A stretch of DNA of 64,000 bases from Acholeplasmataceae bacterium (GCA_963675245.1 OY775910.1:96001-160000), one strand, 5' to 3'; numbered from the stretch's first letter, positions 10,642-22,920 are shown. Made by a program: numbers and translations. Notes: generated from the letters alone by a model not told the origin.

Positions 10642-12066
10642 TTACGCACTAAGCTCAAAGGTATAAAAGTTGATTGAACCACTACCTCGATATTGAAAGT
10701 ATAATGCATGTTTATTTGTTGTTTTTTTAAGTGTCGTCTCAAACCATTTTTTAGATGTTTTTGCATCTATTGAAATAACCCCTAATTGATCGTTTCCATC
10801 TATATCTGTAGAGATAATCATTTGACCTTTAGCATGACCATTGACTTCGATTTTAACGTGCATTGAACCTGGTTCAAAATACTTAAATCCAACATTAGTT
10901 CCATCTTTAATATGTGCAATGTATTGATCTGGATGATTATTTCTATCTATGCCACTTTGAGTTAGATATGGATGCCAAAGTGTTCTTTGTTTATATGGTT
11001 TTCTATAAAAGAAAGTTCCTTTTTTTGATGTCAAATGACAACAAATACTTGTGCTATATCGACCTTCATTTTTTAACAATTCACCATTGAATCCCATCGA
11101 TGTGAGTTCCGCTTGTTTGAAATGAGTACCATCGTATTCAAGTGGCTCAACGCACACCTGTCTTGAAAATGGGTGTCGATTAGTATGTCGATGATATGTC
11201 ACATAATAAGTGCCATTCAATGCTAGAATACTACCGTGATTATTACCTGTATAGTTATGTGCTTTATCAGATAAACCAATGTCTCCATTAGAAATTAAAA
11301 CACCACCAAATTTAAAATCCTTATCAGGAGAATCACTGATGGCATAACATAATTCATGACCTGCATAGGATGAATAAATAAAATAGTATTTACCATTTAT
11401 TTTACGCATAGAAGACGCTTCAAAAAATGGATGTTCAGCAAACTCAGATTCTTCGGCTTGATGCATAGATGGAACAATGTACTTAAATGGTTCTTTGATC
11501 GTTAACATATCGTTTTCAAGTGTCATGACCATCGCACCTTTTTTCGTTGGTCCATATTGATTAAATGGAATAAATTTTGGTCCAAATCCAGTATACAAGT
11601 AGATAGCACTATCATCATCAATAAAAATGCCTGGATCAAATTGAAGTGGTTCACCTTTTTTTCCTAGACGAACACCATCTTTATATGAGACATATCCTAA
11701 AAAGGTATACTGACCTGCTGGTGTATCTGAAACTGCAACACCAATCCTAGAATGTAGTCCAATGAAATAATAAAGATAATATTTACCATCATTACCTTTG
11801 ATTACATCTGGTGCAGCCATTTTATTAAGAATGCCATATCCGTGTTTAGGATCTTGATTTCTTCGATAGATAACGCCTTCATAACGCCATTCTTTAAGAT
11901 TGTTGACAGGGGAAGAATAACACACATAATCATTCATACAAAATGATTTTCCATCAAATTGATCATGTGATCCATAAAGATACACACGACCATCAAAAAC
12001 ACGTGGTTCAACATCTGGAATATATTCATAATTTGGAAGAATTGGATTAAAACTTTGTGTAGTCAT
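10642..12066 (-). CDS. GH43 glycoside hydrolase with C-terminal CBM6-like domain
   Basis: NPILP..YIPDVEPRVFDGRVYLYGSHD, AAPDV, FDPGIFIDDD, FFEASS, GNNHGS; VGFKYF in C-terminal domain. Confidence 0.85.
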   Translation of the reverse strand: MTTQSFNPILPNYEYIPDVEPRVFDGRVYLYGSHDQFDGKSFCMNDYVCYSSPVNNLKEWRYEGVIYRRNQDPKHGYGILNKMAAPDVIKGNDGKYYLYYFIGLHSRIGVAVSDTPAGQYTFLGYVSYKDGVRLGKKGEPLQFDPGIFIDDDSAIYLYTGFGPKFIPFNQYGPTKKGAMVMTLENDMLTIKEPFKYIVPSMHQAEESEFAEHPFFEASSMRKINGKYYFIYSSYAGHELCYAISDSPDKDFKFGGVLISNGDIGLSDKAHNYTGNNHGSILALNGTYYVTYHRHTNRHPFSRQVCVEPLEYDGTHFKQAELTSMGFNGELLKNEGRYSTSICCHLTSKKGTFFYRKPYKQRTLWHPYLTQSGIDRNNHPDQYIAHIKDGTNVGFKYFEPGSMHVKIEVNGHAKGQMIISTDIDGNDQLGVISIDAKTSKKWFETTLKKTTNKHALYFQYRGSGSINFYTFELSA

Positions 12067-12118
12067 AGCATACCTCTGTATCGATTAATCTATCTCCTAC
12101 ATTATAACTTAATTCATT

Positions 12119-12150
12119 AAAAAAGACTACTTGCATTTAAACAAGTAGTC
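12119..12150 (-). terminator. Intrinsic terminator of the cop operon
   Basis: GACTACTTG / CAAGTAGTC stem with A-tract on the left. Confidence 0.65.
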
Positions 12151-12158
12151 CTAATCAA

Positions 12159-12419
12159 TTACATATATTTTCTTAAAATGTCGATAATTTCTTGTGTTTT
12201 TTCTTCATACGTTCCATCTTCAATGGATTCAAGGACACATGTTTCAATATGTTGTTTTAAAATACTTAAATTCGCCTTTTTTAAAAGTGCTTGGGTTGCT
12301 TCAATTTGATTGGCTATATCCACACAATATCTGCCTTCTTCTGTCATGCGAATAACAGCATCAATTTGACCTCTTGCAGTTTTTAATAAATTAAGTTCTT
12401 TTTGGTGATCATGCTTCAT
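12159..12419 (-). CDS. csoR: Copper-sensing repressor, CsoR family
   Basis: [25 protein letters not shown] (Cys-His-Cys ligands). Confidence 0.9.
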   Translation of the reverse strand: MKHDHQKELNLLKTARGQIDAVIRMTEEGRYCVDIANQIEATQALLKKANLSILKQHIETCVLESIEDGTYEEKTQEIIDILRKYM

Positions 12420-14856
12420 AGGAAACCTCCATATGTTTAAGTAGATTAATTCGTCTTAGACGAAGTGAATTATAAATCACATTAAGTGATGATAGACTCA
12501 TCGCTGCTGCACCTAACATTGGATGCAATAATCCAAGCATCGCAAATGGAATCATGATGGCATTATAGAACCATGCCCAGAAGTAATTTTGTTTAATTTT
12601 TTTAAATGTTTGTCTAGACAGTTCAACTGCCCTTAATATCGTATCTAAATGACCATTCACTAATGTAATGTCAGCTGCTTCAATCGCAATATCCGTTCCA
12701 GTACCAATCGCAATACCAACATTTGCTTGTTTCAAGGCTGGTGCATCATTAATACCATCACCAACCATTGCTACTAATCCATGTTCTTTTTGTAATGCCA
12801 TTAATGCATTGACTTTACCATCAGGTAATACACCTGCAATGAAATCAGTAAGCCCAGCTTGTTTAGCGATAGCTGCAGCGGTTTGCTCATTATCACCTGT
12901 AATCATAATGGTTTTAATACCCATATGATTCAGTGTTTGAATGACTTGTTTCGTTTCAGGTTTAATCGCATCAGAAATCGCAATTAAGCCAATCGCTTTA
13001 CGATCCACAGAAACATACATTAACGTCTTCGCTTCTGTCTGTAATTTTGCGGCTTGTTCTTTAAACATTTCAACATTAATATCTTCAGCATTCATATATG
13101 CTTCGTTACCAATAATCACAAGCTTTTGATCGACATGACCAAGCACACCCATACCTGTCACTGCTGTAAAGTTTTCTACTTTGCCTAGCTTAATGTTTGC
13201 TTCATCTGCTTTTATTTTAATCGCATGTGCTAAGACATGTTCAGATCCTGTTTCAAGAGTTGCTGCTAAATAAAGTATATCTTTATGATCAGAGACAATA
13301 TCTGTAACAACTGGTTTACCAATGGTTAATGTACCTGTTTTATCAAATGCGATAGCATTGATATCTTTTAAGGTTTGAATCGCTTCACCTTGTCTAATGA
13401 GAATCCCTTGTTCAGCACCAATGCCTGATCCTACCATTAGAGCAGTAGGTGTACCTAACCCAAGTGCACAAGGACAAGCAATCACTAAAACTGCTGTTGC
13501 AGTAATAAACGCTGTCGTTAATGGTGATTGATCTAATACGATCCAAGGTAGAAATGAAAATGTTCGTAAAATACTTTGATGAACATCAGGGAATGCCCAT
13601 ATCAATGAAAATGTGATCACTGTAGCAACCAATATCGCAGGAACAAAATACCCTGTGATTTTATCTGCAAAAGCCTGAATCGGAACTTTTGTTCCTTGGC
13701 ATGCTTCAACAAGTGTAATCATTTGTTGAAGGAAAGTATCTTTACCTACTTTTGTTACTTCAACACGTAATAATCCTTGACCGTTAATGGTAGCACCAAT
13801 GACCTCATCACCAACTGATTTTGATACAGGCATTGACTCACCTGTAGCCATCGATTCATCAATTGCTGTTTGACCCTCAACAATCTTTCCATCTGTTGGA
13901 ATTTTCTCACCAGGTTTAATGACCATGATATCGCCAACAGATAATTCTGCTGTTAATATTTCAATCACTTCACCATCGATTTCAACATTAGCGGTTTTCG
14001 CTGACAAACCTGCAAGTTTTTTAATTGCTAATGATGCTTTACCTTTTGCTCTCGCCTCTAAAAATTTACCTAGCAAATGGAATGTCACAATCGTGGTTGC
14101 CATTTCAATAAATGTTTGTATTGGAAAAAAGATACCCAATAAACCAATGAAATATGGTGGAAGCGAACCTAAAGATACTAAGACGTCCATATTTGGATGA
14201 CCGCTTCTTAATGAGTAAAAACTACCTCGATGAATTTTATATCCTAAAATGAATACGACCGGTGCACCCATTAATGCGACAATGATTTCATAAAATGGGA
14301 TTGCAACAACAAACATATGAATCACCATTAATGTCATCATCACAATCGTGATAGATCCTGCAATTAAGACCTTTCGTCTTGCTTTTTGCATCTTTAAAAC
14401 ATCAGGATCGATTGTTTCATCCTGTTTTTCTTCTAACCTAACCTCATAACCTGAATCATGAACTGCTTTTTTAATTTTTGACAATGTTAATTCGTTTTGA
14501 TCGTATGTAATGATGAGTTTCTCATTGACAAGATTAACATTCGCTTCTTCTACACCTGGTAATGTATGAACAGCACGATCAACATTTTTAACGCACATCG
14601 CACAAGTCATACCATCAACGTTTAGAGTCAACGTTATAAGATCTTGTGAAACCTTAGCATGATATCCAATCGATTCGATATCTTTAATAATGTCATCAAC
14701 GGTCGTGTTTTCTTCATCATATGTCACCATTGCTGTATCATTTGCTAAATTTACTGCTGATTGACTAATATGTGTATTATGGTTTAATACGCGATCTATA
14801 TTGTTTGCACATGATGCGCATGTCATACCTGAAATATCAAACTTAACTCGTTTCAT
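12409..14856 (-). CDS. copA: Cu(I)-exporting P1B-type ATPase
   Basis: Two GMTCxxC HMA domains, [27 protein letters not shown]. Confidence 0.95.
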   Translation of the reverse strand: MKRVKFDISGMTCASCANNIDRVLNHNTHISQSAVNLANDTAMVTYDEENTTVDDIIKDIESIGYHAKVSQDLITLTLNVDGMTCAMCVKNVDRAVHTLPGVEEANVNLVNEKLIITYDQNELTLSKIKKAVHDSGYEVRLEEKQDETIDPDVLKMQKARRKVLIAGSITIVMMTLMVIHMFVVAIPFYEIIVALMGAPVVFILGYKIHRGSFYSLRSGHPNMDVLVSLGSLPPYFIGLLGIFFPIQTFIEMATTIVTFHLLGKFLEARAKGKASLAIKKLAGLSAKTANVEIDGEVIEILTAELSVGDIMVIKPGEKIPTDGKIVEGQTAIDESMATGESMPVSKSVGDEVIGATINGQGLLRVEVTKVGKDTFLQQMITLVEACQGTKVPIQAFADKITGYFVPAILVATVITFSLIWAFPDVHQSILRTFSFLPWIVLDQSPLTTAFITATAVLVIACPCALGLGTPTALMVGSGIGAEQGILIRQGEAIQTLKDINAIAFDKTGTLTIGKPVVTDIVSDHKDILYLAATLETGSEHVLAHAIKIKADEANIKLGKVENFTAVTGMGVLGHVDQKLVIIGNEAYMNAEDINVEMFKEQAAKLQTEAKTLMYVSVDRKAIGLIAISDAIKPETKQVIQTLNHMGIKTIMITGDNEQTAAAIAKQAGLTDFIAGVLPDGKVNALMALQKEHGLVAMVGDGINDAPALKQANVGIAIGTGTDIAIEAADITLVNGHLDTILRAVELSRQTFKKIKQNYFWAWFYNAIMIPFAMLGLLHPMLGAAAMSLSSLNVIYNSLRLRRINLLKHMEVSYEA

Positions 14857-15068
14857 TGTTTGATTTCCGCCTTAAATCCGATTCTGTTTATTTGAAATAA
14901 TAGTGTGTCATCGTTCACTAAAGACTCATCGTAAGTCACGATGACGAGATTTTCTAAATTTTGCATGACAACATCTTTTACACCTTTATTTCTTCTAAGG
15001 ACACGTTCAACAGCAATCGCACAACTAATGCATGATAAACCCGTGACCTTATATTCAACTTCTTTCAC
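14853..15068 (-). CDS. copZ: Heavy-metal-associated domain protein (copper chaperone)
   Basis: 71 aa, GLSCISC. Confidence 0.75.
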   Translation of the reverse strand: MKEVEYKVTGLSCISCAIAVERVLRRNKGVKDVVMQNLENLVIVTYDESLVNDDTLLFQINRIGFKAEIKQ

Positions 15069-15086
15069 AAATCATCACTTACTTTC

Positions 15087-15302
15087 TTACGCTTTTGTTG
15101 GTGTATAACCAATATCTGAAATTCTTTTTGCTAATGTCTGATCATCAGCTAAATTTTCATCATAAACGACATGAACTAGTTTTTCAGCGACATCTACGTC
15201 AACCTTCTCAACTGAACCATGTTGTCTTAATGCTGTACTGATGGCATTGCCGCATCCACCACAATGAATATCTGATACTTTAAAAGTTGTTTCTTTCATC
15301 AT
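15087..15302 (-). CDS. copZ: Copper chaperone
   Basis: 71 aa, DIHCGGC. Confidence 0.8.
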   Translation of the reverse strand: MMKETTFKVSDIHCGGCGNAISTALRQHGSVEKVDVDVAEKLVHVVYDENLADDQTLAKRISDIGYTPTKA

Positions 15303-15316
15303 AAATTCCTCTTTTC

Positions 15317-15371
15317 TATCCCCTATGTGGGGGGGTACTTAAATTATATAACGGTTTGTTAGTTATTTCAA
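15317..15371 (-). promoter_or_regulatory. cop promoter with CsoR-type operator
   Basis: Minus strand TTGAAA-N17-TATAAT (15371..15343), followed by C/G-tract pseudo-palindrome TACCCCCCCACATAGGGGATA. Confidence 0.75.
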
Positions 15372-15471
15372 GTTTATGAACGCATTTAATAAAATATATA
15401 AATAAAAAACAGAGATCATAACATAGTTATCATCTCCGTCATTTTAGTATAGTATTAAATTAGTAAATTGG

Positions 15472-18400
15472 TCAATCAATAGCATCAACTCTAAGTGTTA
15501 AATTGTTAATGAAATTATTAGTTACTTCAATGTAAAGATAGTAAGTACCTGCATTTAAATACACGTCATATGCTGATGAATAAACATAAAATTCATTCAC
15601 CGTTTCATCATTATCATTAATAAGTCTCATGTATATCATATTTGTGTTACCTGTCGCGTCAATGCTATATTCACCTGATGCATCAATGCTGAACTCATAG
15701 ATTAAGTTATTGGCTACGATTGGTTTTTCCACGCCAACTTCTATCGAACCTGGTGCTTGCGTTTCTGTATCAACAGTGATATTTACATCATATGATGGCA
15801 ACATCAACTCATAGTTATATAATCTTAAAAAATATTCTTCACCTGCATATAAATATGATGTAAGCGATAGTGTTTCATCATCAGATGATTGATCAATATC
15901 AAAATCAGAAACATACAGATAACCTCTAAATAACGAAAGATTTGAAACAGTTGAAGTAATCGTGTAATAACCAGAAACGCTAGGTGTAATCAATTGATAA
16001 ATATCATTACCATAAAGTGTATATTCACCTGCATCTAGACTATTCGGATTCGAATAATCAGTCATCGTTAGAGAAAATGAATAGTCATCCATATGATGAA
16101 TATATAATGCATAATCATACGAATCTTTAATGTCTAGTAATGCACTTCCATCACTTTCAATTGTTTGTAATGTAGATAGTGATATATTGAATAGTGACAA
16201 GCGATATATTTCTTCAGAATCGCTAAAACTGATTTCATAATAAGCGGATTGATCAACATTAATTAATAGTGTCTTTAAATCTTCACTTGCAGTAAATGAT
16301 TGGTCTTCACCTGTAAAACTACTTATATCAGAACCGATTTGATCGACTTGCATGGTAATTATTCTTGGTTGTCCATCATCATAAACCGTCAAATTAAGTT
16401 CATCACCAGCACGAGCATTAAAGATGTAATTGTTTAAGTTTTCAAGATTGACATTCGTATCATATGATGTATAAACTCTTCCAGGAAATACCGAATTAGT
16501 TTCATCACTTATCGTGATCTGATACGTACCATCCAATGGCGCAACAAACACACCTTCTGCGCGAGACGAAATGAAATTCATCGATTCACCTTCGATTAAA
16601 TTCTCATTTTGACCACTTATACCTGTATCTATGATTTCAAGTGTCGCTGGCACAAGTACACCATCTTTAATAATAATCATAAAATAACTATCATAACTGC
16701 CCATATATATCATGGTATTGACCATACCATCGGTAACTTGTTCTGAATAAATCACTTGATAGTAATCTGATAAAACAATAAATTCATCAATATCTCCAGT
16801 GAGTTTAATCTGATAATATCCATTCTCATCTGGTATAAATGTTGAAAATACATTACCAGTGTTGAATGCATAAGATTGATTTATTTTCAAGACTTCTGGC
16901 AAGTGTGATTCATCAGTGATATCAATTAAAATATCCATTGGCAAGATGTCGCTGATACCTGCATATGCAAAATTGATTTCATACGTCATTCCCGCATTAA
17001 ACTGAAAATAATAATCATCACCTACTGAGATTGAATCAGTATATATATTTGTATCATTGACATATATCAACATACCAATTGTTTCATCATCAATTTGGGA
17101 TACATTCAATTTATAAAAGGCTGTTTCATCAGGTGTAAAGATGAGCGAGCCATCAAAAACATCATAGTAAGTAAACGTTTCTCCAATTGGAACTTCTAGA
17201 GGGTTTCGATAAGATGTTTCATCTAATGAATACGTTATATCTATAAGTTCATTTGGATGTCCAAATAATATGCTATAGGTGTGTTTTTCTTCTAATTGTA
17301 GATATTTGCTAATCTGTCGAGACATTGTTGAAAACATATATTCACCATTATCTCGGATGGTTAAAGAAATCTCCTCTGATGAACTGACATTAAACTGATA
17401 GAACGCGGTTGTTTCTGGTGTGAATGTATAAGCAACTGTTCCACCATATAACGTATATACTTGATTAGCAACAAACTGATCAGGCATGTTGTGATCAGAA
17501 TTGACTGATTCAACCATGAAGTAAACCATATTATCACGATAATTGTCGATATAGATCACCACTTCATCTGCTGTTGAGACCGTGAAATAAATATCATCTC
17601 GATTAAAATCTCCAATCATCTCGCCATTGATTCTAACTTGACCATAATACGAATTCTCATATGTGACATCATTAAATGTGGTTGGAATTTTAAATGTTCC
17701 ATTTCCAGAAGGAGAGAAAATCACTTGATAATTATAACCTGTTAAAAGATAATCAACATCTTCAGTAATTATTGCCCCATTAAATAAAATATCGTCTCTT
17801 TCTATGATGTTTAATGAAACTTGTGTCATATCATTGTAATAACGTATATGAATTGTATATGTAACATTCTTGTTTAAATCGTAATAATTTTGGGCGATCG
17901 GAGACACACTGTTACCACTATTAAATGCGTTATCTTCAGTGATCTCAATATAAATGTTATTATCTTCATTATTCAACGCTTTTATATCAATATAATAGTA
18001 ACCATCTGTATCTGGTGTAAATGTGGTCATCGTTTCATTGTTCACATAAAATGTTTCTGGATCATTAATGAATACTTCATCAGGTATCGCATTATATGAC
18101 GTTAAATCTAAAGTTAGAGCTACATGTTCGTAGCTATTATAATAATTTTTATAAAGGATCTTATATGTTTGATTCTCTTTAAATTCAATCAAACCACCTT
18201 CATTATATAAATAAGCGATACCTAAACCATCTTCATTTTGAATATTAATATTATAATTTTCATATGTATTATCAATAGTTAATTGGTAAAACCCTGTCAC
18301 TTCAGGAGTGAATGTCACACTAAATTCATCACCAAAGAAATTAGCTTCGACACCTTCATTTATCGTTTCAGGATTTGGTGTATCATAAATATTTGTTGAT

Positions 18401-21210
18401 GAGATGACATAAGGTGTATCAACTTCTGAAAAACTTCCTTCAATTGTTATATAAAGTATGTCCCCCGCATCAAAGTATGCCAACTCTTTATAGTTTTCAC
18501 CTTCGTAAGAATAATAAGTATAAACGAGTTTCCCATTTTCATTATAAGCATATATGTCTAACCATTTACTTTCATCAGCTAATACAGGCATCATTTGAAA
18601 CTCATAAAAACCTGCTTCATCAGCTTCAAAACGAACATGTGTTAATTGTTGATATAAATTGATGGATAACACCGAATCACCAACGAGAGAATAGTCATAA
18701 TCTGTATCAAACTGATCAAAAGAAAGAGGTATTTCAAGATATACGTAATACTCATCAAATGCGTCAAGTATTGCACGTTCATCTTCATTTGATAGATGTT
18801 CAAAATCTAGACTTGACAATTCATTAATATCTACTTTTAATTGATTATACACTGATACGATTGATCCTTCTATACTAAGGATGTCTTCATCAGTCCAATT
18901 AAATAAAGTCATGACATTTTCATCTGATAGAATGTTATCTATAAGTAGATTAATTGTTTCTAATATATAAGCATCATGATCGGACAAATAATTAGACATA
19001 CCGATAAGCGCTGTACCATATAAAGCCGTTTCTCTAGGTAAGTTAAGGTCAGCTGCGCCAAATAGTTCAGCTGTATCTATGGACGCTATTTCTGAGATTA
19101 CACCTTCTTCAATTGTTTTCACTCGTTCAATGAACTGACTTAAATATTCTAAAGCAGTGGATAATGATTCAAATGTTGGATACGTGGGAAAATAATAAGT
19201 TGTGACATAATTAAATTCCAATAAAGATAATAACGCGTCTATTTCTGCTGCATTAATCTGATTGATAATCGCATCGTTATAACGTGCTAATGTATCAATA
19301 AATGATGCTGCTTCAGTGAATGGTGTATCTGTGTTAATTAAGGCTTCATAACTTGCTTCTAAACCATCATCCGACATTTCTAATGATAAGAGATTAGTCA
19401 TTATATCTGTCATTAATTGACCAATTTCATTCAGATCGCCTTCTTTATCAAGCATCATGTCAAATATATTTGAAGCGCTATCTGAATAGATGGATGAATA
19501 AGCATCCATCAATGTCACAATAAAATAACGATATATGTTGGTTTCACCTAATTGATTAACAATATTCTCAATGTTCGTTCTTTCAGTATCATGTGTATCA
19601 AAGTAAGTTTTCACATGTGTTAATATGTGCATTAAGAATTTATAAGATGACCACATACCGTCATTTGTTTCCATCTCATTCATATCATCTGATAATTGTT
19701 CTAAGTCATCTGCATCAAGCGCATAAATGATATCTAGAAATGCCAGTGATGAATAATATTGTAACTGTGCACTTAAAGAAATAAATGAATCTCCTGGTTC
19801 AGTATCAGATTGACCAAAATAGGTCACAAAAGTATCAATAGCATCAAGTACAAGTGTTATGTCATCTGTTGTTGGTAAATCATTTAAAATGATGTCAACC
19901 GCTGCATTTTTTAAAGTTGTTATTTCATCAAATGTTAATGTGCCAATGATCATGATACGATTTAATTCTGACATAAAATCTTGATCAATCGCATCATTAT
20001 ATGAAAAGATTGTGTCAATAACCACTTCAAACGCTGACAAAAACATTGCTCTTTCTTCTACATTTGCAAACATTTGATCTAAAGACTCTGATATGGATTG
20101 ATCTCTTGAAATATACCCTTCATATCGATCAATATATCTCGTATAAGCATAATAATTAGCATAATCGTTAAAATAACGTTGCATCTCTTGGTCTGTAGTA
20201 AAGACTGTTTGAAGTGATGCGTAAAAAGCATATAGATCATCAATTTCAGATGATGTTAAATAATTTTGAACATAATATCCAATGTCGTTGGCATATCTGA
20301 TATCCGTTAATGCGTCATAGTAATAATAAGCTTTATCCGAATATTCACCATAGACCACATCATAAACTGACTGAGTGTTTTCATTCATTTGGATTAAAAC
20401 ATTTGCTTTGTTTTCAATATAATCTGTATCGCTTATCAATATACTTAAGTTTAAATTGACATCATTTAAATATCGTTGATAGTTATCTATTTCATTTTCA
20501 GTATTAGCATCTATAAAATGAAATCCCGCCACATAATAAGCATATATGATTTCTGCTAGAGCAGATGCATCTAAGCCTTTGTCTTCAAACATAGAAATGT
20601 TATTGACAATATCGTTTATATCTCTCGCTCTTGCTAGTGCATTAACAAAATCATTCACTGTTGTAATAAATGAACTCGCTTCTGTTTTCGTCATTTGATT
20701 CATAAGTAGTATTTCAGCTGTTTCTAACGAAAATTCCACATACATCTGATAGTCAGCATAACGATAGTCACTGCTAAAATCATCACTTGAATAATTTAAT
20801 GAATTATAATCTCTGTTTATATCTTTCATCATTGATAATGCAACTTCATTGATATCAGCTTCCGTGATATCTTCAATCGGAATCGGCATCTCGTCAACCA
20901 CATACGTGACTGATTCTGAATCATTTGAACGAAGATCTAATAATGTAGACACAACATGAATTGTATACGTACCATAATCTAAATTTAGTGTTGATAAATC
21001 AAAACTCGATTGTTGTACGTTATATTCAAGATTTTGGTTGATAATGACAATATAACCATCTGCTAAATCTATGGTATCCCAAGATATAACATCCCCGTTT
21101 ATGTGAACATTTGATGGTGTAGCAATATTTTCTGGTACAGATGTATCTGTACATGCCACTAGCCATAAGCCTATTATTAAAGATACTATTAAAAAAAGTG
21201 CTTTTTTCAT
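15472..21210 (-). CDS. Giant acidic lipoprotein (1912 aa): Fn3-like N-terminus, helical region, many tandem beta-sandwich repeats
   Basis: Lipobox LVAC; recurring FTPxxxGxYxF motif in the C-terminal half. Confidence 0.7.
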   Translation of the reverse strand: MKKALFLIVSLIIGLWLVACTDTSVPENIATPSNVHINGDVISWDTIDLADGYIVIINQNLEYNVQQSSFDLSTLNLDYGTYTIHVVSTLLDLRSNDSESVTYVVDEMPIPIEDITEADINEVALSMMKDINRDYNSLNYSSDDFSSDYRYADYQMYVEFSLETAEILLMNQMTKTEASSFITTVNDFVNALARARDINDIVNNISMFEDKGLDASALAEIIYAYYVAGFHFIDANTENEIDNYQRYLNDVNLNLSILISDTDYIENKANVLIQMNENTQSVYDVVYGEYSDKAYYYYDALTDIRYANDIGYYVQNYLTSSEIDDLYAFYASLQTVFTTDQEMQRYFNDYANYYAYTRYIDRYEGYISRDQSISESLDQMFANVEERAMFLSAFEVVIDTIFSYNDAIDQDFMSELNRIMIIGTLTFDEITTLKNAAVDIILNDLPTTDDITLVLDAIDTFVTYFGQSDTEPGDSFISLSAQLQYYSSLAFLDIIYALDADDLEQLSDDMNEMETNDGMWSSYKFLMHILTHVKTYFDTHDTERTNIENIVNQLGETNIYRYFIVTLMDAYSSIYSDSASNIFDMMLDKEGDLNEIGQLMTDIMTNLLSLEMSDDGLEASYEALINTDTPFTEAASFIDTLARYNDAIINQINAAEIDALLSLLEFNYVTTYYFPTYPTFESLSTALEYLSQFIERVKTIEEGVISEIASIDTAELFGAADLNLPRETALYGTALIGMSNYLSDHDAYILETINLLIDNILSDENVMTLFNWTDEDILSIEGSIVSVYNQLKVDINELSSLDFEHLSNEDERAILDAFDEYYVYLEIPLSFDQFDTDYDYSLVGDSVLSINLYQQLTHVRFEADEAGFYEFQMMPVLADESKWLDIYAYNENGKLVYTYYSYEGENYKELAYFDAGDILYITIEGSFSEVDTPYVISSTNIYDTPNPETINEGVEANFFGDEFSVTFTPEVTGFYQLTIDNTYENYNINIQNEDGLGIAYLYNEGGLIEFKENQTYKILYKNYYNSYEHVALTLDLTSYNAIPDEVFINDPETFYVNNETMTTFTPDTDGYYYIDIKALNNEDNNIYIEITEDNAFNSGNSVSPIAQNYYDLNKNVTYTIHIRYYNDMTQVSLNIIERDDILFNGAIITEDVDYLLTGYNYQVIFSPSGNGTFKIPTTFNDVTYENSYYGQVRINGEMIGDFNRDDIYFTVSTADEVVIYIDNYRDNMVYFMVESVNSDHNMPDQFVANQVYTLYGGTVAYTFTPETTAFYQFNVSSSEEISLTIRDNGEYMFSTMSRQISKYLQLEEKHTYSILFGHPNELIDITYSLDETSYRNPLEVPIGETFTYYDVFDGSLIFTPDETAFYKLNVSQIDDETIGMLIYVNDTNIYTDSISVGDDYYFQFNAGMTYEINFAYAGISDILPMDILIDITDESHLPEVLKINQSYAFNTGNVFSTFIPDENGYYQIKLTGDIDEFIVLSDYYQVIYSEQVTDGMVNTMIYMGSYDSYFMIIIKDGVLVPATLEIIDTGISGQNENLIEGESMNFISSRAEGVFVAPLDGTYQITISDETNSVFPGRVYTSYDTNVNLENLNNYIFNARAGDELNLTVYDDGQPRIITMQVDQIGSDISSFTGEDQSFTASEDLKTLLINVDQSAYYEISFSDSEEIYRLSLFNISLSTLQTIESDGSALLDIKDSYDYALYIHHMDDYSFSLTMTDYSNPNSLDAGEYTLYGNDIYQLITPSVSGYYTITSTVSNLSLFRGYLYVSDFDIDQSSDDETLSLTSYLYAGEEYFLRLYNYELMLPSYDVNITVDTETQAPGSIEVGVEKPIVANNLIYEFSIDASGEYSIDATGNTNMIYMRLINDNDETVNEFYVYSSAYDVYLNAGTYYLYIEVTNNFINNLTLRVDAID

Positions 21211-21340
21211 CGCGAACCTCCCACTAATGTAATTTATGATTATCTCCCCATCATGAATGTTTAAAGTATTTTCTATAGTATATCATTTTTACTGACTCGT
21301 TACCACAAAATTTTCAATTATTTTACTTTGATATTCAAAT

Positions 21341-21365
21341 AAAAAAGCCATCGATTGATGGCTTT
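21341..21365 (-). terminator. Intrinsic terminator
   Basis: AAAAAAGCCATC-GATT-GATGGCTTT. Confidence 0.7.
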
Positions 21366-21372
21366 ATCATGC

Positions 21373-22920
21373 TTAATTCTCAGGTTCAAATAACGTGATT
21401 TCATAGTCACAAACATCTTGATAAAAATCAACTTCATGTGATACTAAAATCAGTGTACCTTCATATTGAATGAGTGCATCTTTTAATGCTTCTTTTGCTG
21501 CTTGATCCAAATGGTTCGTCGGTTCATCTAAAATAAGCACATTCCCTTTTTGGTGATAAAGCAATGCTAATCTCACTTTCGTCTGCTCTCCACCAGATAA
21601 ACTGTTCATTTCACGATGTGCCATTTCGAAATTAATCCCATGATGTCCTAAGAGTGACATCACATCTTTTTTCGTAAAATCAGGATACATACCATGAACG
21701 ACTTCAAAGGCTGTCAACGCATCTGGAAATTTTTGATCTTGAGCAAAATAAGCAATTTTAGCGGTATCAATCCATTTAAATGTACCATCAATTTTAGGTA
21801 TTAATTCAAGTATGGTTTTTATAAATGTTGATTTACCGACACCATTTTTACCTGTAATCGCGACTTTCTCCTGTTTCATAATCGTCATGCTTAATGGTTC
21901 TAAAAGAGAATAATCATATCCAATTTCAAGTGAATCCGTAACGAGTACATCTCTCCCGGTTCCAGAAGATAGAGGAAATCTAAATTTATACGTCGTATCT
22001 GATTTTGGTGGTTTAATCCGCTCCAGTTTTGCAAGCATTTTACGTCTTGACTGCGCTCTTTTCACGGTTTTATCTCTAACGATATTCTTCTTGATAAATT
22101 CTTCATTTTTCTTAATGAATCGTTGTTGTGCGTTATACGCTTTTTCATGCTGTGACATACGCAATTCTCTTTCTGATAAATAGAAAGAAAAATCACCCTT
22201 ATAACGCGCTATATTGCCATGTTCTAATGCAAATACAGTTCGCGCAATTTCACTTAAGAAACCTTCATGATGAGATACCACAATAAATGATTTTTCATAA
22301 GCATTTAAAAATTTAGCTAACCAATCAATATGCCTTACATCTAAAAAGTTGGTTGGTTCATCAAGCAATAACACATCTGCATCTGATAATAAAAGTTTAG
22401 CCAAAATAATCTTCGCTCTCATACCCCCAGATAAGGTGTTAATATGTTGTTCAAGTATATCCATTTCCAAACCTAGACCATGAATAATATTTCCTACAGA
22501 ACTCTTGATGCGATAAAATTCTGATTCGATTAATTGTTCTTGTAAATCAGATGCCCAATGTAGCATACGTTCTTGTTCATGTTCTGGCTTTCCAATCAAA
22601 TCATGATAAAGATTATTCATTTGTTCTTCTTTTTCGAATAAAGGTAAAAAGACGTCATAAAGATACGTCTTAACTTTTAGTTTTGGATCAATATTTGCAT
22701 ATTGATCAAGGTAACCTACTTTGACACTAGGTAACCAATTAATCGCTCCCTTATCAGGTTTTAATGAATGGTCCAACAATTTTAGTAATGTACTTTTACC
22801 AGCACCATTAGGTCCCACTAACACGGCATGTTCGCCTTCAAATAGACGCATCATACCATTTTGATACATGGATTCACCTTGATAGCTAAATGTTAAACCT
22901 TCAACTTCTAAAATACTCAT
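21373..22920 (-). CDS. ABC-F family ATPase
   Basis: Two ABC domains (GPNGAGKST/LSGG/LLLDEPTN; GKNGVGKST/LSGGE/LILDEPTN), no TM segments. Confidence 0.9.
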   Translation of the reverse strand: MSILEVEGLTFSYQGESMYQNGMMRLFEGEHAVLVGPNGAGKSTLLKLLDHSLKPDKGAINWLPSVKVGYLDQYANIDPKLKVKTYLYDVFLPLFEKEEQMNNLYHDLIGKPEHEQERMLHWASDLQEQLIESEFYRIKSSVGNIIHGLGLEMDILEQHINTLSGGMRAKIILAKLLLSDADVLLLDEPTNFLDVRHIDWLAKFLNAYEKSFIVVSHHEGFLSEIARTVFALEHGNIARYKGDFSFYLSERELRMSQHEKAYNAQQRFIKKNEEFIKKNIVRDKTVKRAQSRRKMLAKLERIKPPKSDTTYKFRFPLSSGTGRDVLVTDSLEIGYDYSLLEPLSMTIMKQEKVAITGKNGVGKSTFIKTILELIPKIDGTFKWIDTAKIAYFAQDQKFPDALTAFEVVHGMYPDFTKKDVMSLLGHHGINFEMAHREMNSLSGGEQTKVRLALLYHQKGNVLILDEPTNHLDQAAKEALKDALIQYEGTLILVSHEVDFYQDVCDYEITLFEPEN

